Below, one piece after another: positions 19,940 through 30,668 of a DNA stretch of 64,000 nt. The position numbers and the translations under genes were made by a program. The stretch is from an uncultured bacterium. Lineage in GTDB: Bacteria > Chloroflexota > UBA5177 > JANWHV01. Position 1 is the first letter of the stretch. Every line of letters begins with the position of its first letter. Under the pieces are notes generated by a model. The model made no database searches. It saw only the letters and a list, made by a program, of their open reading frames with translations, and was not told the origin of the DNA. The stretch lies in the NCBI GenBank assembly GCA_963729625.1, contig CAVSOU010000017.1, positions 1-64,000 on the forward strand, written 5' to 3'.

Positions 19940-20133
19940 GAAACCTCTCCTCGTGTGCTCAGCATAGTCACTATCAGAATGCCATGCTCAGCCCCAACAA
20001 GCGAAGCCGGGCAGCTCTGCCTGTCTTTGCCCGGAGTGTCGCTGCAGACGCTTGATGCAGCCTCGCCTCCAGGGCCGCGGAGGATCGTTTCGCACGTGCC
20101 AGGGGAGCGAAGTCGTTCGCGTGGCGCTCGCGG

Positions 20134-20180
20134 GAAAGAAACAGAGCCGCTCACGGCGGCAAACCCGCCGTGAGCGGCTC
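20134..20180 (-). terminator. intrinsic terminator
   Basis: 16-bp stem GAGCCGCTCACGGCGG/CCGCCGTGAGCGGCTC followed on the minus strand by TGTTTCTTT. Confidence 0.7.
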
Positions 20181-20392
20181 AACGGTTCCGAGCCAGGTTG
20201 CAGTTCGCGGGGAATGCGCGACGGGCTTTTCCCTGAATCGTGCGCTCGTCGCTTATCGACACCCGAGGTGAGTCCACAGTACAAACCGCACGCCACCCGC
20301 GAAAGAGAGGGTTCATGAAACGCTGTCTAAACTTATGTTAACTACGCCGTGCCGGGTCCACTGCCGGCGCCGTGGAGTCTATCGCGTGGCGA

Positions 20393-21385
20393 CTAGCGAT
20401 TTACCGCCGACATTGCCTGCTCTGGGTACCGCATGCCGGCGGTGCTGCCGTGCGGAGCCGCTTCGTCGATCCGCGCCAGATCCTGCGCTGTCAGCGTCAC
20501 ATCCAGCGCACCCAGGTTCTCCTCGAGATACACTCGCCGCTTGGTCCCCGGAATAGGCACGATGTCCGTGCCTTGCGCCAGGAGCCAGGCCAGGGCAAGC
20601 TGTGCCGGCGTGCAGCCCTTCTCGCTGGCGATGGCATGCACGCGGTCGACCAACTGCAGGTTGCGCTGAAAGTTCTCTCCCTGGAAGCGCGGGTGATTGC
20701 GTCTGACATCGCCCTCCGCCAGGTCCTCCGGGCGCTTGATCTGACCGCTCAGGAAGCCGCGGCCGAGCGGGCTATAGGGAACGAAGCCAATGCCCAGCTC
20801 CCGACAGGTGGGCAGAATCTCCTCCTCGGGGTCGCGGCTCCAGAGCGAGTACTCGGTCTGCAACGCGGCGATCGGGTGGATCGCCTGGGCTCGCCTGATT
20901 GTTGCCGGCGCGGCCTCGGAGAGCCCCAGGAAGCGCACCTTTCCCTGGTCGACCAGCCGGGCCATGGCGCCGACGGTTTCCTCAATCGGCGTGCTGGGGT
21001 CGACGCGGTGCTGATAGTAAAGGTCGATATGCTCCACGCCGAGACGGTGGAGACTTGCCTCGCAAGCCTGTTGCACGTACTCCGGCTTCCCGTTCACGCC
21101 GAGAAAGCGTCCGTCGGCGTCACGTACATTGCCAAATTTGGTGGCAAGAATCACGGAATCCCGCCGGCCCTGAATCGCCCGGCCGACAAGCTCCTCGTTT
21201 CGGCCCACGCCGTACATGTCGGCTGTATCCAGGAAGGTGACACCCAGGTCCAGGGCCCGGTGAATGGTAGCAACGGATTCCTCGTCGTCGCGCCCACTGT
21301 AGAAGTCCGACATGCCCATACACCCGAGGCCGAGTGCCGATACCCGCAGTCCGGTTCGTCCAAGTGTTCTTTGCGACAGTGCCAT
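20393..21385 (-). CDS. aldo/keto reductase
   Basis: 'LGLGCMGMS', 'LDTADMYG', 'DLYYQHRVD', 'IPGTKR'. Confidence 0.95.
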   Translation of the reverse strand: MALSQRTLGRTGLRVSALGLGCMGMSDFYSGRDDEESVATIHRALDLGVTFLDTADMYGVGRNEELVGRAIQGRRDSVILATKFGNVRDADGRFLGVNGKPEYVQQACEASLHRLGVEHIDLYYQHRVDPSTPIEETVGAMARLVDQGKVRFLGLSEAAPATIRRAQAIHPIAALQTEYSLWSRDPEEEILPTCRELGIGFVPYSPLGRGFLSGQIKRPEDLAEGDVRRNHPRFQGENFQRNLQLVDRVHAIASEKGCTPAQLALAWLLAQGTDIVPIPGTKRRVYLEENLGALDVTLTAQDLARIDEAAPHGSTAGMRYPEQAMSAVNR

Positions 21386-21528
21386 GTCTGTTCACTCCGT
21401 CTCGTTCAACTGGGTGAAGCCTCACACCTCAAGTATGCATCTGGATCGCGCCGGCATGGGCCCGAGACCGCCGCGTGCATGAACTCTGCCGGCAGCGCCG
21501 CCACGGCCGGCGAGAGCGGGCAGGTACG

Positions 21529-22617
21529 TCAGCCCGCGGAGTCCCACCGGAATGTGCGAGTGGCAACGGCAAATCCCACCGCCGCGGTGATTGCAAGCAC
21601 GGCGAAGTCCACGCCGATTCCGTTGATGTCGCTGCCTTTCTCCATCACATCGCGCAGCCCGCTCACCAAATACGTGAGCGGGAGAACGTTGATCACCGGC
21701 TTCAGCCAGCCGGGCGCTCCTGACAGCGGGAAGTAGACGCCGCTGAGGAACATCATGGGCATGGTAAGGAGGTTGCCGATGGCACTGGCCGCCTCTTCCG
21801 TGGCCGCCAGCCCGGAAATCGCGAAGCCGATGGTCAGAAAGGCCATGCCGCCGACCAGGCTGAGCAGGACGACCGACCCGATGCTGCCCTGGACGTGCAC
21901 GCCGAACAGGAGGGTTGCCGACAGAAGCAGCACCGCGACCTGCGCCAGCACGACCACCAATTGGCTGATCACGTTGGACAGCACGAACTCCCAGGCCTGC
22001 AGTGGTGTAGCACGCAGGCGTTTCAGGATGCGCTTCTCGCGAAAACCGACCATGCGCGACGCGATGCCGATGATACCGGCGGTCATGATCGAGAAGCCCA
22101 ACACGCCTGGCGCCAGGAAGTCGATATAGCGCGTGCTGACCGCGGTGATACCTTCTTGATGCAGGACGATCTGGGGCGACGCATGCGTTTGGTGCTCAAT
22201 CAATCGTTCGTTCACGCCCTGGACGACCTGGCTGACCAGGGAAACGGTGGCATCAGACTGGCTGAGATTCGTCTGGTCATAGTACAGCGTGATCTGGACC
22301 GGCCGGCCGGGAGCGGCCGTAGTATCGGGCACCACCACGACCGCGTCACGATCGCCCTTCTTGAGCGCCGCCCGCTCATCGGATTCGGTTCCGGTCTTGA
22401 TCGTGATGCCTTTGATCGAACGCAACGAATGCTCGATCGTCGAAGCAACCGGGCCCTTACCCACCACGCTGATCGTGGCACCGAAGCCGCCGTTGCTCAG
22501 GACCAGGCCAAGCAGGCTCATGAGGATAAGAGGAAACGCGAGGTTCCAGAAGAGCGCCTGGCGCGCCCGAAACGTCATCTTGATATTGGCCAGGGTCATG
22601 CTTGCAAGGCGGCTCAT
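21529..22617 (-). CDS. ABC-2 type transporter permease
   Basis: 'RYIDFLAPG', 'ILKRLRATP', 'MMFLSGVYFP'. Confidence 0.9.
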   Translation of the reverse strand: MSRLASMTLANIKMTFRARQALFWNLAFPLILMSLLGLVLSNGGFGATISVVGKGPVASTIEHSLRSIKGITIKTGTESDERAALKKGDRDAVVVVPDTTAAPGRPVQITLYYDQTNLSQSDATVSLVSQVVQGVNERLIEHQTHASPQIVLHQEGITAVSTRYIDFLAPGVLGFSIMTAGIIGIASRMVGFREKRILKRLRATPLQAWEFVLSNVISQLVVVLAQVAVLLLSATLLFGVHVQGSIGSVVLLSLVGGMAFLTIGFAISGLAATEEAASAIGNLLTMPMMFLSGVYFPLSGAPGWLKPVINVLPLTYLVSGLRDVMEKGSDINGIGVDFAVLAITAAVGFAVATRTFRWDSAG

Positions 22618-23570
22618 GCGCGCAATCTCCTTCCGGTCAGGTGAATGAACACATCCTCGAGGTTGCCCCCGCGCACCTGCAGATTGCTCAGCTCCAGGCC
22701 AAGCTCAGTGGCTATGCGCAGCAGGCCGCCAAGTGCTTCCTGTGGATCGTCCGTGTGAATCTCAAAGCCGTCATCGTCCAGGCGAGCGTCGACGACCCCG
22801 GACAACGCCTCTATTCTGGCGAGAGGCAGCGGTCTGGCGGTCGACCCGCTTATCACCGGCCGCAGGTCGAGACCGGCGATCAGCCCGCGTGGTGTATCGA
22901 GAGCCAGGATCTCCCCATAATCCATGATCGCCACCCGATCGCACAGGGTCTCGGCTTCCTCCATATAGTGCGTCGTCAGGACCACGGTCTGACCGCGGCC
23001 ATTGATCTGCCGCACGAGATCCCAGAGATTCCGGCGCGCCTGTGGGTCCAGCCCGGTAGTCGGCTCGTCGAGAAAGATGACTTGCGGCCTATTCACGAGC
23101 GTCAGCGCAATTGACAAGCGCTGCTGCTGGCCGCCCGACAGCTCACGGACGTAATTGTTGCGCTTTTCGGTGAGGTTCACGGTATCCAGGAGCTCTTCGA
23201 GCTCGGCATCGGTCATACCGGCCGTGTAGAACGAGGCAAACAGTCGCAGTATCTCGAAGTTCTTGAGGTGGGTGAACAACGCCGTGCTCTGCAGCTGAAC
23301 GCCGATGATCTCCTTGAGCTTTGCCGGTTGGCGAACAGCGTCGATGCCCGACACGTCGATCGAGCCGGCATCCGGCTTGCGCAGCCCCTCGATCATCTCC
23401 AGCGTGGTGGTCTTGCCGGCGCCGTTCGGGCCAAGAATGCCGAAAACCTCACCGCGCTGAATCTCGAGGTCGAGGTGTTTGACGGCAGTGACTTTGCCGT
23501 ACGTTTTCCGGAGTCCGCTGATGGCGATAACCGCGTGGCCGGTCTCCACGGTAGTGGCTGAGGTAGCCAA
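22614..23570 (-). CDS. ABC transporter ATP-binding protein
   Basis: GPNGAGKT, LSGGQ, FLDEPT; TTG start after AAAGGAG. Confidence 0.92.
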   Translation of the reverse strand: MATSATTVETGHAVIAISGLRKTYGKVTAVKHLDLEIQRGEVFGILGPNGAGKTTTLEMIEGLRKPDAGSIDVSGIDAVRQPAKLKEIIGVQLQSTALFTHLKNFEILRLFASFYTAGMTDAELEELLDTVNLTEKRNNYVRELSGGQQQRLSIALTLVNRPQVIFLDEPTTGLDPQARRNLWDLVRQINGRGQTVVLTTHYMEEAETLCDRVAIMDYGEILALDTPRGLIAGLDLRPVISGSTARPLPLARIEALSGVVDARLDDDGFEIHTDDPQEALGGLLRIATELGLELSNLQVRGGNLEDVFIHLTGRRLRA

Positions 23571-24203
23571 CGAGAGCTCTCCTTTGCTGATCGATCGCGG
23601 TGCCATGGCAGTACACACAGATAGCCGGCACCGCATCCTGCTTCCAGCGTACGAAACCACGAGTCATTCGGGAGAGTGCAGAAAGTCACGATCCGGCACG
23701 TCACGTCCCGCCGGCGCCTGACCCTACGGCGAGCCAGCCAGGTAGGAGCCGCGACCGAGGCGGCGGCCGCCTGGCGCTCTGTGTCAGTCGACATGGCGCT
23801 TGCTAGCCACCTCGTGGTGAATAGGCAGGCAACGCTATTATACGTGGGCCCCGGCCGTGTCGCTGCCGTGGCCTTTGCCGCAGGGCCGGCATAGGCCGGC
23901 GACTGCTGCCGACAGTAGCGAGCTGATGCATAACCATGCGAGAGAGCATGCCGGTCATCGTCCCCATGAACGGGTGACGGAACGCGAGCGCACCGCAGTC
24001 GTGGCGCCGTTATCTTCAGGTGTCGTCCTGCTATAATCCCGCAGCGGTACCGCTGGCGATATTTGCACCGACGGTACTCATCTTCGGCATCTGGTTTGTA
24101 TAGACCTGCCAGAAGTCCTCTCTTGACGTAGCAGTCGGCGTGGAATCAGGGTGGACTGGCACGAGATTGTTTGTTAGCCTGGTGTGTGGCAGGAGGAGAT
24201 CGC

Positions 24204-24449
24204 GTGCAACAACGATTCGACTCAACCCTCGTCGTGGACGACCAAGGTGCGGCGCACCTGGAAGGCCATGTTCGCATCTCGCCTGGCCGCCATCGGGTCG
24301 TTGTGGTCGTCAACGACACGACGTCTCTGGGCGTTGAGTCAAACGAGCCGTGGACAGACTTCGTGAAGCGAACTTCCGGCTCACTTGCCGGAATTGGCTT
24401 CAGACGACCGCCGCAGGGCAAGTATGAACGCCGCGAAGAGCTGGCGTGA
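24204..24449 (+). CDS. putative antitoxin (VapB-like)
   Basis: small ORF with AGGAGG RBS; stop overlaps the vapC start (GTGA); C-terminal 'RPPQGKYERRE'. Confidence 0.7.
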   Translation: MQQRFDSTLVVDDQGAAHLEGHVRISPGRHRVVVVVNDTTSLGVESNEPWTDFVKRTSGSLAGIGFRRPPQGKYERREELA

Positions 24450-24847
24450 CGTACCTGCTCGATACTGACACATGTATCGCCTTCCTTCGACGTCATCGCC
24501 CTGCGCTCAGTAGACAGTTCGCCGCGCACACCCCCGAAGAGATTGTCGTTGCGGCTCCGGTGCGCGGCGAACTCTTCTATGGTGCGGCGCGAAGCCAGGA
24601 CCCTGCCCGCGCCCGTCAAGGTGTGGATGCGTTCCTCGCCCGTTTCACGTCGCTTCCTTTCGACGATGCCGCGGCTGATACGTACGGTCGAATTCGCGCA
24701 GATCTCGCCTCGAGTGGCTCACCAATCGGCCCGAACGACCTGTTGATTGCCGCCATCGCCATTACTGCCTCAGGCACGCTTGTGACACACAATACCCGCA
24801 AATTTGGGCGTATATCAGGTCTCGTGCTCGAGGACTGGTTGATCTGA
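24446..24847 (+). CDS. vapC: PIN-domain toxin
   Basis: 'YLLDTDTCI', 'ELFYGA', 'IGPNDLLIAAIA', 'LVTHN'. Confidence 0.93.
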   Translation: MTYLLDTDTCIAFLRRHRPALSRQFAAHTPEEIVVAAPVRGELFYGAARSQDPARARQGVDAFLARFTSLPFDDAAADTYGRIRADLASSGSPIGPNDLLIAAIAITASGTLVTHNTRKFGRISGLVLEDWLI

Positions 24848-25302
24848 TGGGGCTGCGACCAGGCGCAACAGGAGCTTCCACGCGGGGACCATGCAAGCCT
24901 TGGCGCCCGTGGTTGACATCATACGGGGCGGGACAACACCCCGTTGAGTTCAGATTTGCGCCCAAGTCGTGTTCATCAACTTGAGTCTGCTTAGGACACT
25001 TCGCCCTCTATGCGAGACGGTTAGCCATCGTCGACATCGCGCATAACTATGCGCCCGTGGCAGCTGGAAGCGCGGACAACGACGCGTTGGTGGCGCTGTG
25101 ACATAGTTTGCTGCCTCAGTTCGGCAGCCGACAGCTTTCCCGGCGGATGTGGACGCATGGGCTCGTTGGCAACGCCGGGCGTGTTCCTTGGCCCAGGTTC
25201 CTGGCTAACTTTGTAACCTGTCGGATACCCCCGCCACTTCCAGCAGCAGCACAATCGCGAACGCTTGGCTCTTGGTCAATCGGCGGTCTTGCCTATCCAA
25301 AT

Positions 25303-25450
25303 CAGCTAATCATTGTCACATCTTTCGACTGCCGACGGGTCACCATTCCCCATCCGATCAGCTAATCATTGTGAGACCGACCCGTCGGTCGGAAACGGGC
25401 TCACGAGAACGCATTGCTGGACCAGTCCAGCCAATCATTGTCCGGCTACA
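25303..25450 (-). mobile_element. Tn7-like transposon end with three TnsB-type binding repeats
   Basis: minus strand reads TGTAGCCGGACAATGATTGGCTG from 25450; motif ACAATGATTRGCTG at 25428, 25359 and 25303. Confidence 0.6.
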
Positions 25451-25598
25451 AGATGCAAGAAGCTCCATATCTCAGTCAGGAGTAGCAACCGCGACATGCC
25501 AGGTTTGCTGTGTCGTGCCGAGCGCGGCCATGTTACGGTGCTCTCGTGCAGCAGCGGGCAATACGCCGAAGAAGTTCAGGAGACAACCCGAAAACACG

Positions 25599-26365
25599 AT
25601 GTTTACGTTGCCTGTAGGTCTACCGGACAATGTGGGGTTCAAGCAGGACGGCGGTGGCGCAATGGTCAGTCGCACGATCATGCTCGCCAAGCTGACCGCG
25701 CTTTTCGCTGCGCTTCCCGCTGCCGCCACTCCGGCGGACTACCGCGCCGGAGTCACCGACGAGACTGCGCTGCTCAAGCGGAGCGCGGCACGCGCAGAGC
25801 CTCGGCGCGATGGCTACGCGAGCTGCATGCACTCAATCCTCGCGTGCCCGTCTTTGCCGTCCTTCGGCAGCTTTGGCATGCCGACCCAGCCGCGCGCCCG
25901 CTGCTGGCCTGTCTTTGCGAGAGCGCCCGTGATCCTCTATTGCGCCTGACGTCCGAAGGCATCCTCACGCGCCCGCAAGGCGCACGGATCATGCCGGCCG
26001 AGGTCGCCGAGGCCTTCGCGCAGATTGAGCCCGGCCGATTCCAACCAGGCACAGTGGCGAGAATTGCCCGGAATGCGATCTCTTCCCGGACCCAGCCCGG
26101 CCACCTGCAGGGCAGATTGCATAAGGTGCGCGCTCGCGCAGTGCCTACAGCGACCAGTGTCGCCTACGCGCTGTTCCTGGGGCACCTCGCCGGCTACCGG
26201 GGCTCGGTGCTGTTCGACACCTATTGGACTGCCTTGTTGGACGCACCGTAGGAAACGATCGACGCGCTGGCATTCGAGGCCGGGCGACGCGGTTGGCTCG
26301 ATTATCGCCGCATCGGTGATGTCGTGGAACTCGCATTCCCCAGGCTCCTTGCCATCCCTAGTTGA
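25599..26365 (+). pseudogene. BREX-associated BrxA-like gene, frameshifted (~25785) with an internal stop (26249)
   Basis: 'SRTIMLA', 'RPLLACLC..ARDPLLR', 'SS.TQ.GHL.GR..KVR', 'AYALFLG', 'RRGWLDYRRIGDVVE' spread over two frames. Confidence 0.7.
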
Positions 26366-28724
26366 AGCCGAGTCGCTTGCGCTCGATCTCGATGATTTGC
26401 CGTTCCGCCTCCATTTGGCTCGCAAGCTCGCGGACAGCCCCAAGGTCCGAGGCATCTATCGCGTCTGAACTGCTTTCCTTCAGAGCACTTCGCCGAGCAT
26501 GCATGTCGAAAAGCTGTGACTTCGCCGCAACCACCGCGAGCATGCGTTGATCAACGCTGTTCTCAGCGAGGAGACGATGGACTTCCACGCGCTGCACCTG
26601 GCCCATGCGATGGCAACGGGCAATGGCCTGGTTCTCAGTCGATGGTTTCCATTGAGGCTCAGTGAGGATGACGACAGACGCTGCCTGCATGTTCATCCCA
26701 ACGCCGCCGGCTTCTATCTGACTAACAAGGACGGCCGGGTCGCGAAGCTCAGTGAACTGATCGACTAGCCGCTGACGCTCCGTGGGCGAGACGCTTCCCG
26801 TGATTGGTCCAATTGTCCGCACGTTTAGCACCCGGGTGATAGTGTCCAAGACCTCGCGGAAGAAGGAGAAGATGACGGCCTTGCGCTCGTTAGCGGCAGC
26901 CTCATCCACGATCTCCGATAGCCGAGCCAGCTTGGCTGATCCGGCGACGGTTCCAGGGGCAAAGGCTGCCCGCCGCATCAGCATGAAGTTGCCGGACGCC
27001 ACAGCCTGCCGGTAGGCACCAAGATCACCAGCACTCAGCTCAACCCAGTCCTGGGTCTCGATACGCTCAGGAAGTTCCTCGAGTACGTCGGACTGGTTTC
27101 GGCGCAGGTAAACTGGCGCTACGGCCCGCCGGAAGGAAGCTGGACCTGCGAGAACGGCCATCGGATCAATCCGGCCGGCAACATCGGGACGAATATGGTC
27201 AACCAACGTGCGAAACTCGTCAACCCTGTTCTCGAGAGGAGTCCCAGTCAGGAACAGCACGCGCTCGACAGTACGGCAGAGATCTCGCACAGCGCGTGTC
27301 CTTTGCGCAGTGGGATTCTTCACGTAGTGCGCTTCATCGATGACGAGCAACTCGATGCGTCCATGTTCGAGCGTGCGAAGTGACTGGAGCGTGCGGTACG
27401 CCGTGAGTGCGACACCACCTTGGTGTGCCCACTGGCTGTGGCTGCTTGCGCGGTCAGGGCCGTGTAGCCGGTGCGAGCGGAGCGAGCTGTGCCGCTCGAC
27501 TTCGTGCGCCCAGTTGACCAGCACGCTTGCCGGGCAGACTACGAGAAAGTGCTGCTTGCCTTCCTTGTGAAGGTGGGACATGACGGCAAGGGCTTCAACA
27601 GTCTTCCCCAGACCCATCTCGTCCCCGAGGATGGCCTTTCGCTGCAGGAGTGCGAACTTGGCGCCGAACGCCTGATATCCGCGCAACGATACCGAAAGCA
27701 GTGACATGTCGAGCGGCTGGGCGTTTACGGCCGACGCCAAGTCTGCCGGGATGAAGCCCCGCGCCGCACTCTGGTCTGGCGCCAACCCGCTGACCGCAGC
27801 AAGAAGCCCATTGTACGCGACCGCTCGCTTCCGATAGTCGTCCCAGAGTTCGCGCTTGTCAATCCGCGCGAAGGCGATTACGTGATGAAGCTCCTTGATC
27901 CGCGACTCTAGCTTGCGTGTCCCTGAGGATTCCATCAGTGCTGCGAGCCGCGCGAGCCCCTCACGTCCCGCGGCTCGTCGCCGCCTAGCAGCGAAGAACA
28001 TTCTCAGCCGGCTCGATCCGAGTGCCGCATCTTCAACCGCTCCATCGATCACGGATGCCAGGACATCCAGTTCATCCTTGAGCCGCAGCGCAGCCTGTGT
28101 GGCGACCTCGTATTCCTGCAATGCGCCAAGTAAGCGGGTTTCAAGCTGGGATCGGGTGTCAAAGTCGAAGCGAACCCGTAGGCTTTGCTTCATAGCCGCT
28201 TCGAACTGCCGAACCGCAGCAATCACTTGAGCTGCTGTTTGCGGGCCGACGCCGCGCAGTTGTTCAAGTCGAGCTTTCCCTGCGGCTCCAGCCGACCAGA
28301 CGGTGGTGAAGCCAGCCAATTCAATCGAGGCAAGGCGAAGTCGGCCGCCAGCCACCCGTTGGAGCGATGTGAGCGGCGTGGCCATGAGCACACGTCGCAA
28401 CTGCTCATCTTGAGCGGCCTCGAACGCCTCCCGAGCGGCTCGACGCCGCTGCTCCACAGCCGCGAAAGCATCGGCGATTGAACCACGCAACACCCGCGCG
28501 CGGGCAACTACTGCGCGAGCAGTCGATCCGGGAGGGAGCACTTGCGGCACCTGCGCGGACGCATTACCCGAAGCGCTGGCGCCTGCAGATGAGACCTGCA
28601 GTCGGGCGACCATAGCTGGTCGAGAATCGTCACGCGTATCGCGGTCAGGCGTGCAGTCCCCTGCGTTCTCTGCCACTCGGTCGGGCTCCTCCGCAAGGCG
28701 CCAATCTTGCCGATGGTGACTCAT
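26358..28724 (-). CDS. SNF2-family helicase
   Basis: 'GDEMGLGKT', 'DEAH', 'LTGTP', 'QAIARCHRMGQ'. Confidence 0.92.
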   Translation of the reverse strand: MSHHRQDWRLAEEPDRVAENAGDCTPDRDTRDDSRPAMVARLQVSSAGASASGNASAQVPQVLPPGSTARAVVARARVLRGSIADAFAAVEQRRRAAREAFEAAQDEQLRRVLMATPLTSLQRVAGGRLRLASIELAGFTTVWSAGAAGKARLEQLRGVGPQTAAQVIAAVRQFEAAMKQSLRVRFDFDTRSQLETRLLGALQEYEVATQAALRLKDELDVLASVIDGAVEDAALGSSRLRMFFAARRRRAAGREGLARLAALMESSGTRKLESRIKELHHVIAFARIDKRELWDDYRKRAVAYNGLLAAVSGLAPDQSAARGFIPADLASAVNAQPLDMSLLSVSLRGYQAFGAKFALLQRKAILGDEMGLGKTVEALAVMSHLHKEGKQHFLVVCPASVLVNWAHEVERHSSLRSHRLHGPDRASSHSQWAHQGGVALTAYRTLQSLRTLEHGRIELLVIDEAHYVKNPTAQRTRAVRDLCRTVERVLFLTGTPLENRVDEFRTLVDHIRPDVAGRIDPMAVLAGPASFRRAVAPVYLRRNQSDVLEELPERIETQDWVELSAGDLGAYRQAVASGNFMLMRRAAFAPGTVAGSAKLARLSEIVDEAAANERKAVIFSFFREVLDTITRVLNVRTIGPITGSVSPTERQRLVDQFTELRDPAVLVSQIEAGGVGMNMQAASVVILTEPQWKPSTENQAIARCHRMGQVQRVEVHRLLAENSVDQRMLAVVAAKSQLFDMHARRSALKESSSDAIDASDLGAVRELASQMEAERQIIEIERKRLGFN

Positions 28725-29070
28725 TGCTTCTATGATATGACGTTCGCTGGCGCGGTCTCAACCGTTCGCAGCATTCCGTGTTTGACCGGCCGTATTACGT
28801 CCGTACTCTCGCTGAACATGCTCGTCGCATACGAGGACCTTCAAGGACTTTGTTGGCTCGCGCACTGCATGCAAGCTGGCACACCACGAATCCTATCCCC
28901 GATTCCACCCGTGATGGCTATTTATCCTGCGCACATCCAGACCTATACTGGCACCAGGCTGTGCCGGCATGTCCCGAGCGGAGCAGTACTGTGATTGTGA
29001 AAGAAGAGGCTCGCACCACGTGCCGGGGGTCTCGCCAGGTGCCGACTTCAGCATCACGTCGCGCCCAAAC

Positions 29071-29406
29071 GGCGCGGATGCCCGCCTCGTCGCCGCGCTG
29101 CAGTTGCAGGAGTGGCTCAAGCTGATCCTGGCCGGCGAACCGCCCTACGATATCTACGTGCGCTGGAAGAAGCCGCACGAGCAGCCGATCGGTTGGGAAC
29201 CGGATCTCAACGATGGCGTGCGTCTCAACATCCGCCCCTTCATGGTCGACGACGAGCGCTACGCGAAGTCACCACCTATCCTGCGCGTGCTGCCGAATAT
29301 CAAATGGGGCATCGACCGCGGCGCTAATCCGGGCGGCAGCAAACGCGACAACGACGTGCACCTGACGGTGGCAGAGAAGCAGGCGGCGCGTGAGGCTAAA
29401 CGATGA
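29071..29406 (+). pseudogene. C-terminal remnant of a BREX PglX-like DNA methyltransferase
   Basis: 'GEPPYDIYVRWK..HEQPIGWEPDLNDGVRLNIRPF...NIKWGIDRG...NDVHLT..EK' with no upstream methylase body. Confidence 0.7.
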
Positions 29407-29566
29407 CGCATCTCGTGCCGCCGCGGCAGTTGCAGCGGAGCGAGCTCACCAAATCAGCCCAGCGGCGGTTTTAGGGCCGCCCTCCTTGCAAGGAGATAAC
29501 ATTTATGTTTCTATAGACATGTAAGCTATCAACAGCGCGGCAGCGAACCGGAGGAGTGGGGGACGA

Positions 29567-30127
29567 GTGCTTCCTGAGTTCACGACCGAGGGCGTGCTGC
29601 CACCCGGGGACTATAAGCTGACACTGACCGAGCTCGCTACTTCCTCACTGGTGCAACGCCAAGCCAGTGAGCAGCCGACCTGGGATACCGCCTGGCGCGC
29701 CCAGCTCGTCCGCAATCTCGGGGTGCTGGTGGCGCAGTTGTGGCGGGTCGGCATCAACGCGATCTTTGTCAATGGATCGTTCATGGAGGACAAGCCGCAT
29801 CCCAACGATATCGATGGGTATTTCGAGTGCGACGTGCGGTATCTCGCCTCGGGTGGTTTGGAGCGGGATCTGAACGCGCTTGACCCCCACAAGGTCTGGA
29901 CCTGGAAACCACAGAGCAGGCGCCACGATCCGGATTCGGGTAAAGCACAGCTCCCGATGTGGTTCGCCTACCGTGTCGAGCTCTACCCCCACTTCGGGCA
30001 GCCCTCAGGCATCACCGACCGGTTCGGCCACCAGTTGCAGTTCCCTTCGGCATTTCGCTTGTCTCGGCGCGCCCATACACCGAAGGGCATCATCCGTTTA
30101 GCCACACCCCAAGGAGGCGGGCCATGA
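29567..30127 (+). CDS. DUF6932-like nucleotidyltransferase-fold protein (putative toxin)
   Basis: 'LPPGD', 'VNGSFMEDKPHPNDIDGYF' (GS...DxD), C-terminal 'KGII'. Confidence 0.75.
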   Translation: MLPEFTTEGVLPPGDYKLTLTELATSSLVQRQASEQPTWDTAWRAQLVRNLGVLVAQLWRVGINAIFVNGSFMEDKPHPNDIDGYFECDVRYLASGGLERDLNALDPHKVWTWKPQSRRHDPDSGKAQLPMWFAYRVELYPHFGQPSGITDRFGHQLQFPSAFRLSRRAHTPKGIIRLATPQGGGP

Positions 30128-30564
30128 TCCGGAATGAGCGCGAGTATCAGGAAGCGCTGCGGCGCCTGAAGGAGGATGAGCACTTCCTCAATGAGCAACG
30201 CCGCGCGCTTGGCGATCTGCAGCTGAGGCCGGACGAGGTCGAGCGCGCGATGGAGCCCGCGCTGTCGTTTCACGCCCAACTCGTCGAAGAGGTCGAGTGG
30301 TATGAGCGCGTGCGCCGGCGCGATTTCGAGACGATTCATTCGCTCTCGGCGATTGGCCGCCTGCTGATTGCGGCACGGATCGCGAATGGGCTCTCCCAGC
30401 AGGAGCTCGCGGATCGCTTGGGTGTCAGCGCCACCCAGGTCTCGCGGGACGAGCGCAACGAGTATCACGGCATTACCGTGGAACGCGCACAATTGATCCT
30501 CGATCGCCTTGGCGAGAAGCTCAGCGTGCGCTTCGACGAGAAAGCGCTGGCATTGGCCGGCTGA
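30124..30564 (+). CDS. XRE/HigA-like HTH protein
   Basis: 'MIRNEREYQ', 'ARIANGLSQQELADRLG'; ATGA overlap with the upstream gene. Confidence 0.85.
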   Translation: MIRNEREYQEALRRLKEDEHFLNEQRRALGDLQLRPDEVERAMEPALSFHAQLVEEVEWYERVRRRDFETIHSLSAIGRLLIAARIANGLSQQELADRLGVSATQVSRDERNEYHGITVERAQLILDRLGEKLSVRFDEKALALAG

Positions 30565-30668
30565 GTGATGCGGGGCCTCAGCCCGGCCAAGCCAGATGAC
30601 CAATGGGGATAGCTTATGTATGCAGGTGGTACAGCGGCGCGGAGTGCAGGATAGGCAGGAACCGTCGC

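Noticed and set aside
20185-20335. Riboswitch (cobalamin-like CCCCGC-AACTG) upstream of the terminator
   Set aside because: Other conserved boxes are missing, and the hairpin is adequately explained as the aldo/keto reductase terminator. An Rfam cmscan would settle it.
24850-25030. Integron attC site or IS end after vapC
   Set aside because: No paired RYYYAAC/GTTRRRY boxes with an internal stem, no repeat after other cassettes and no integrase.
25303-25441. Three 14-bp repeats as a mini CRISPR array
   Set aside because: The repeats are too short, the spacing is unequal (56 and 69 nt) and there are no cas genes. The TGT-N5-GACAAT terminus fits a transposon end better.
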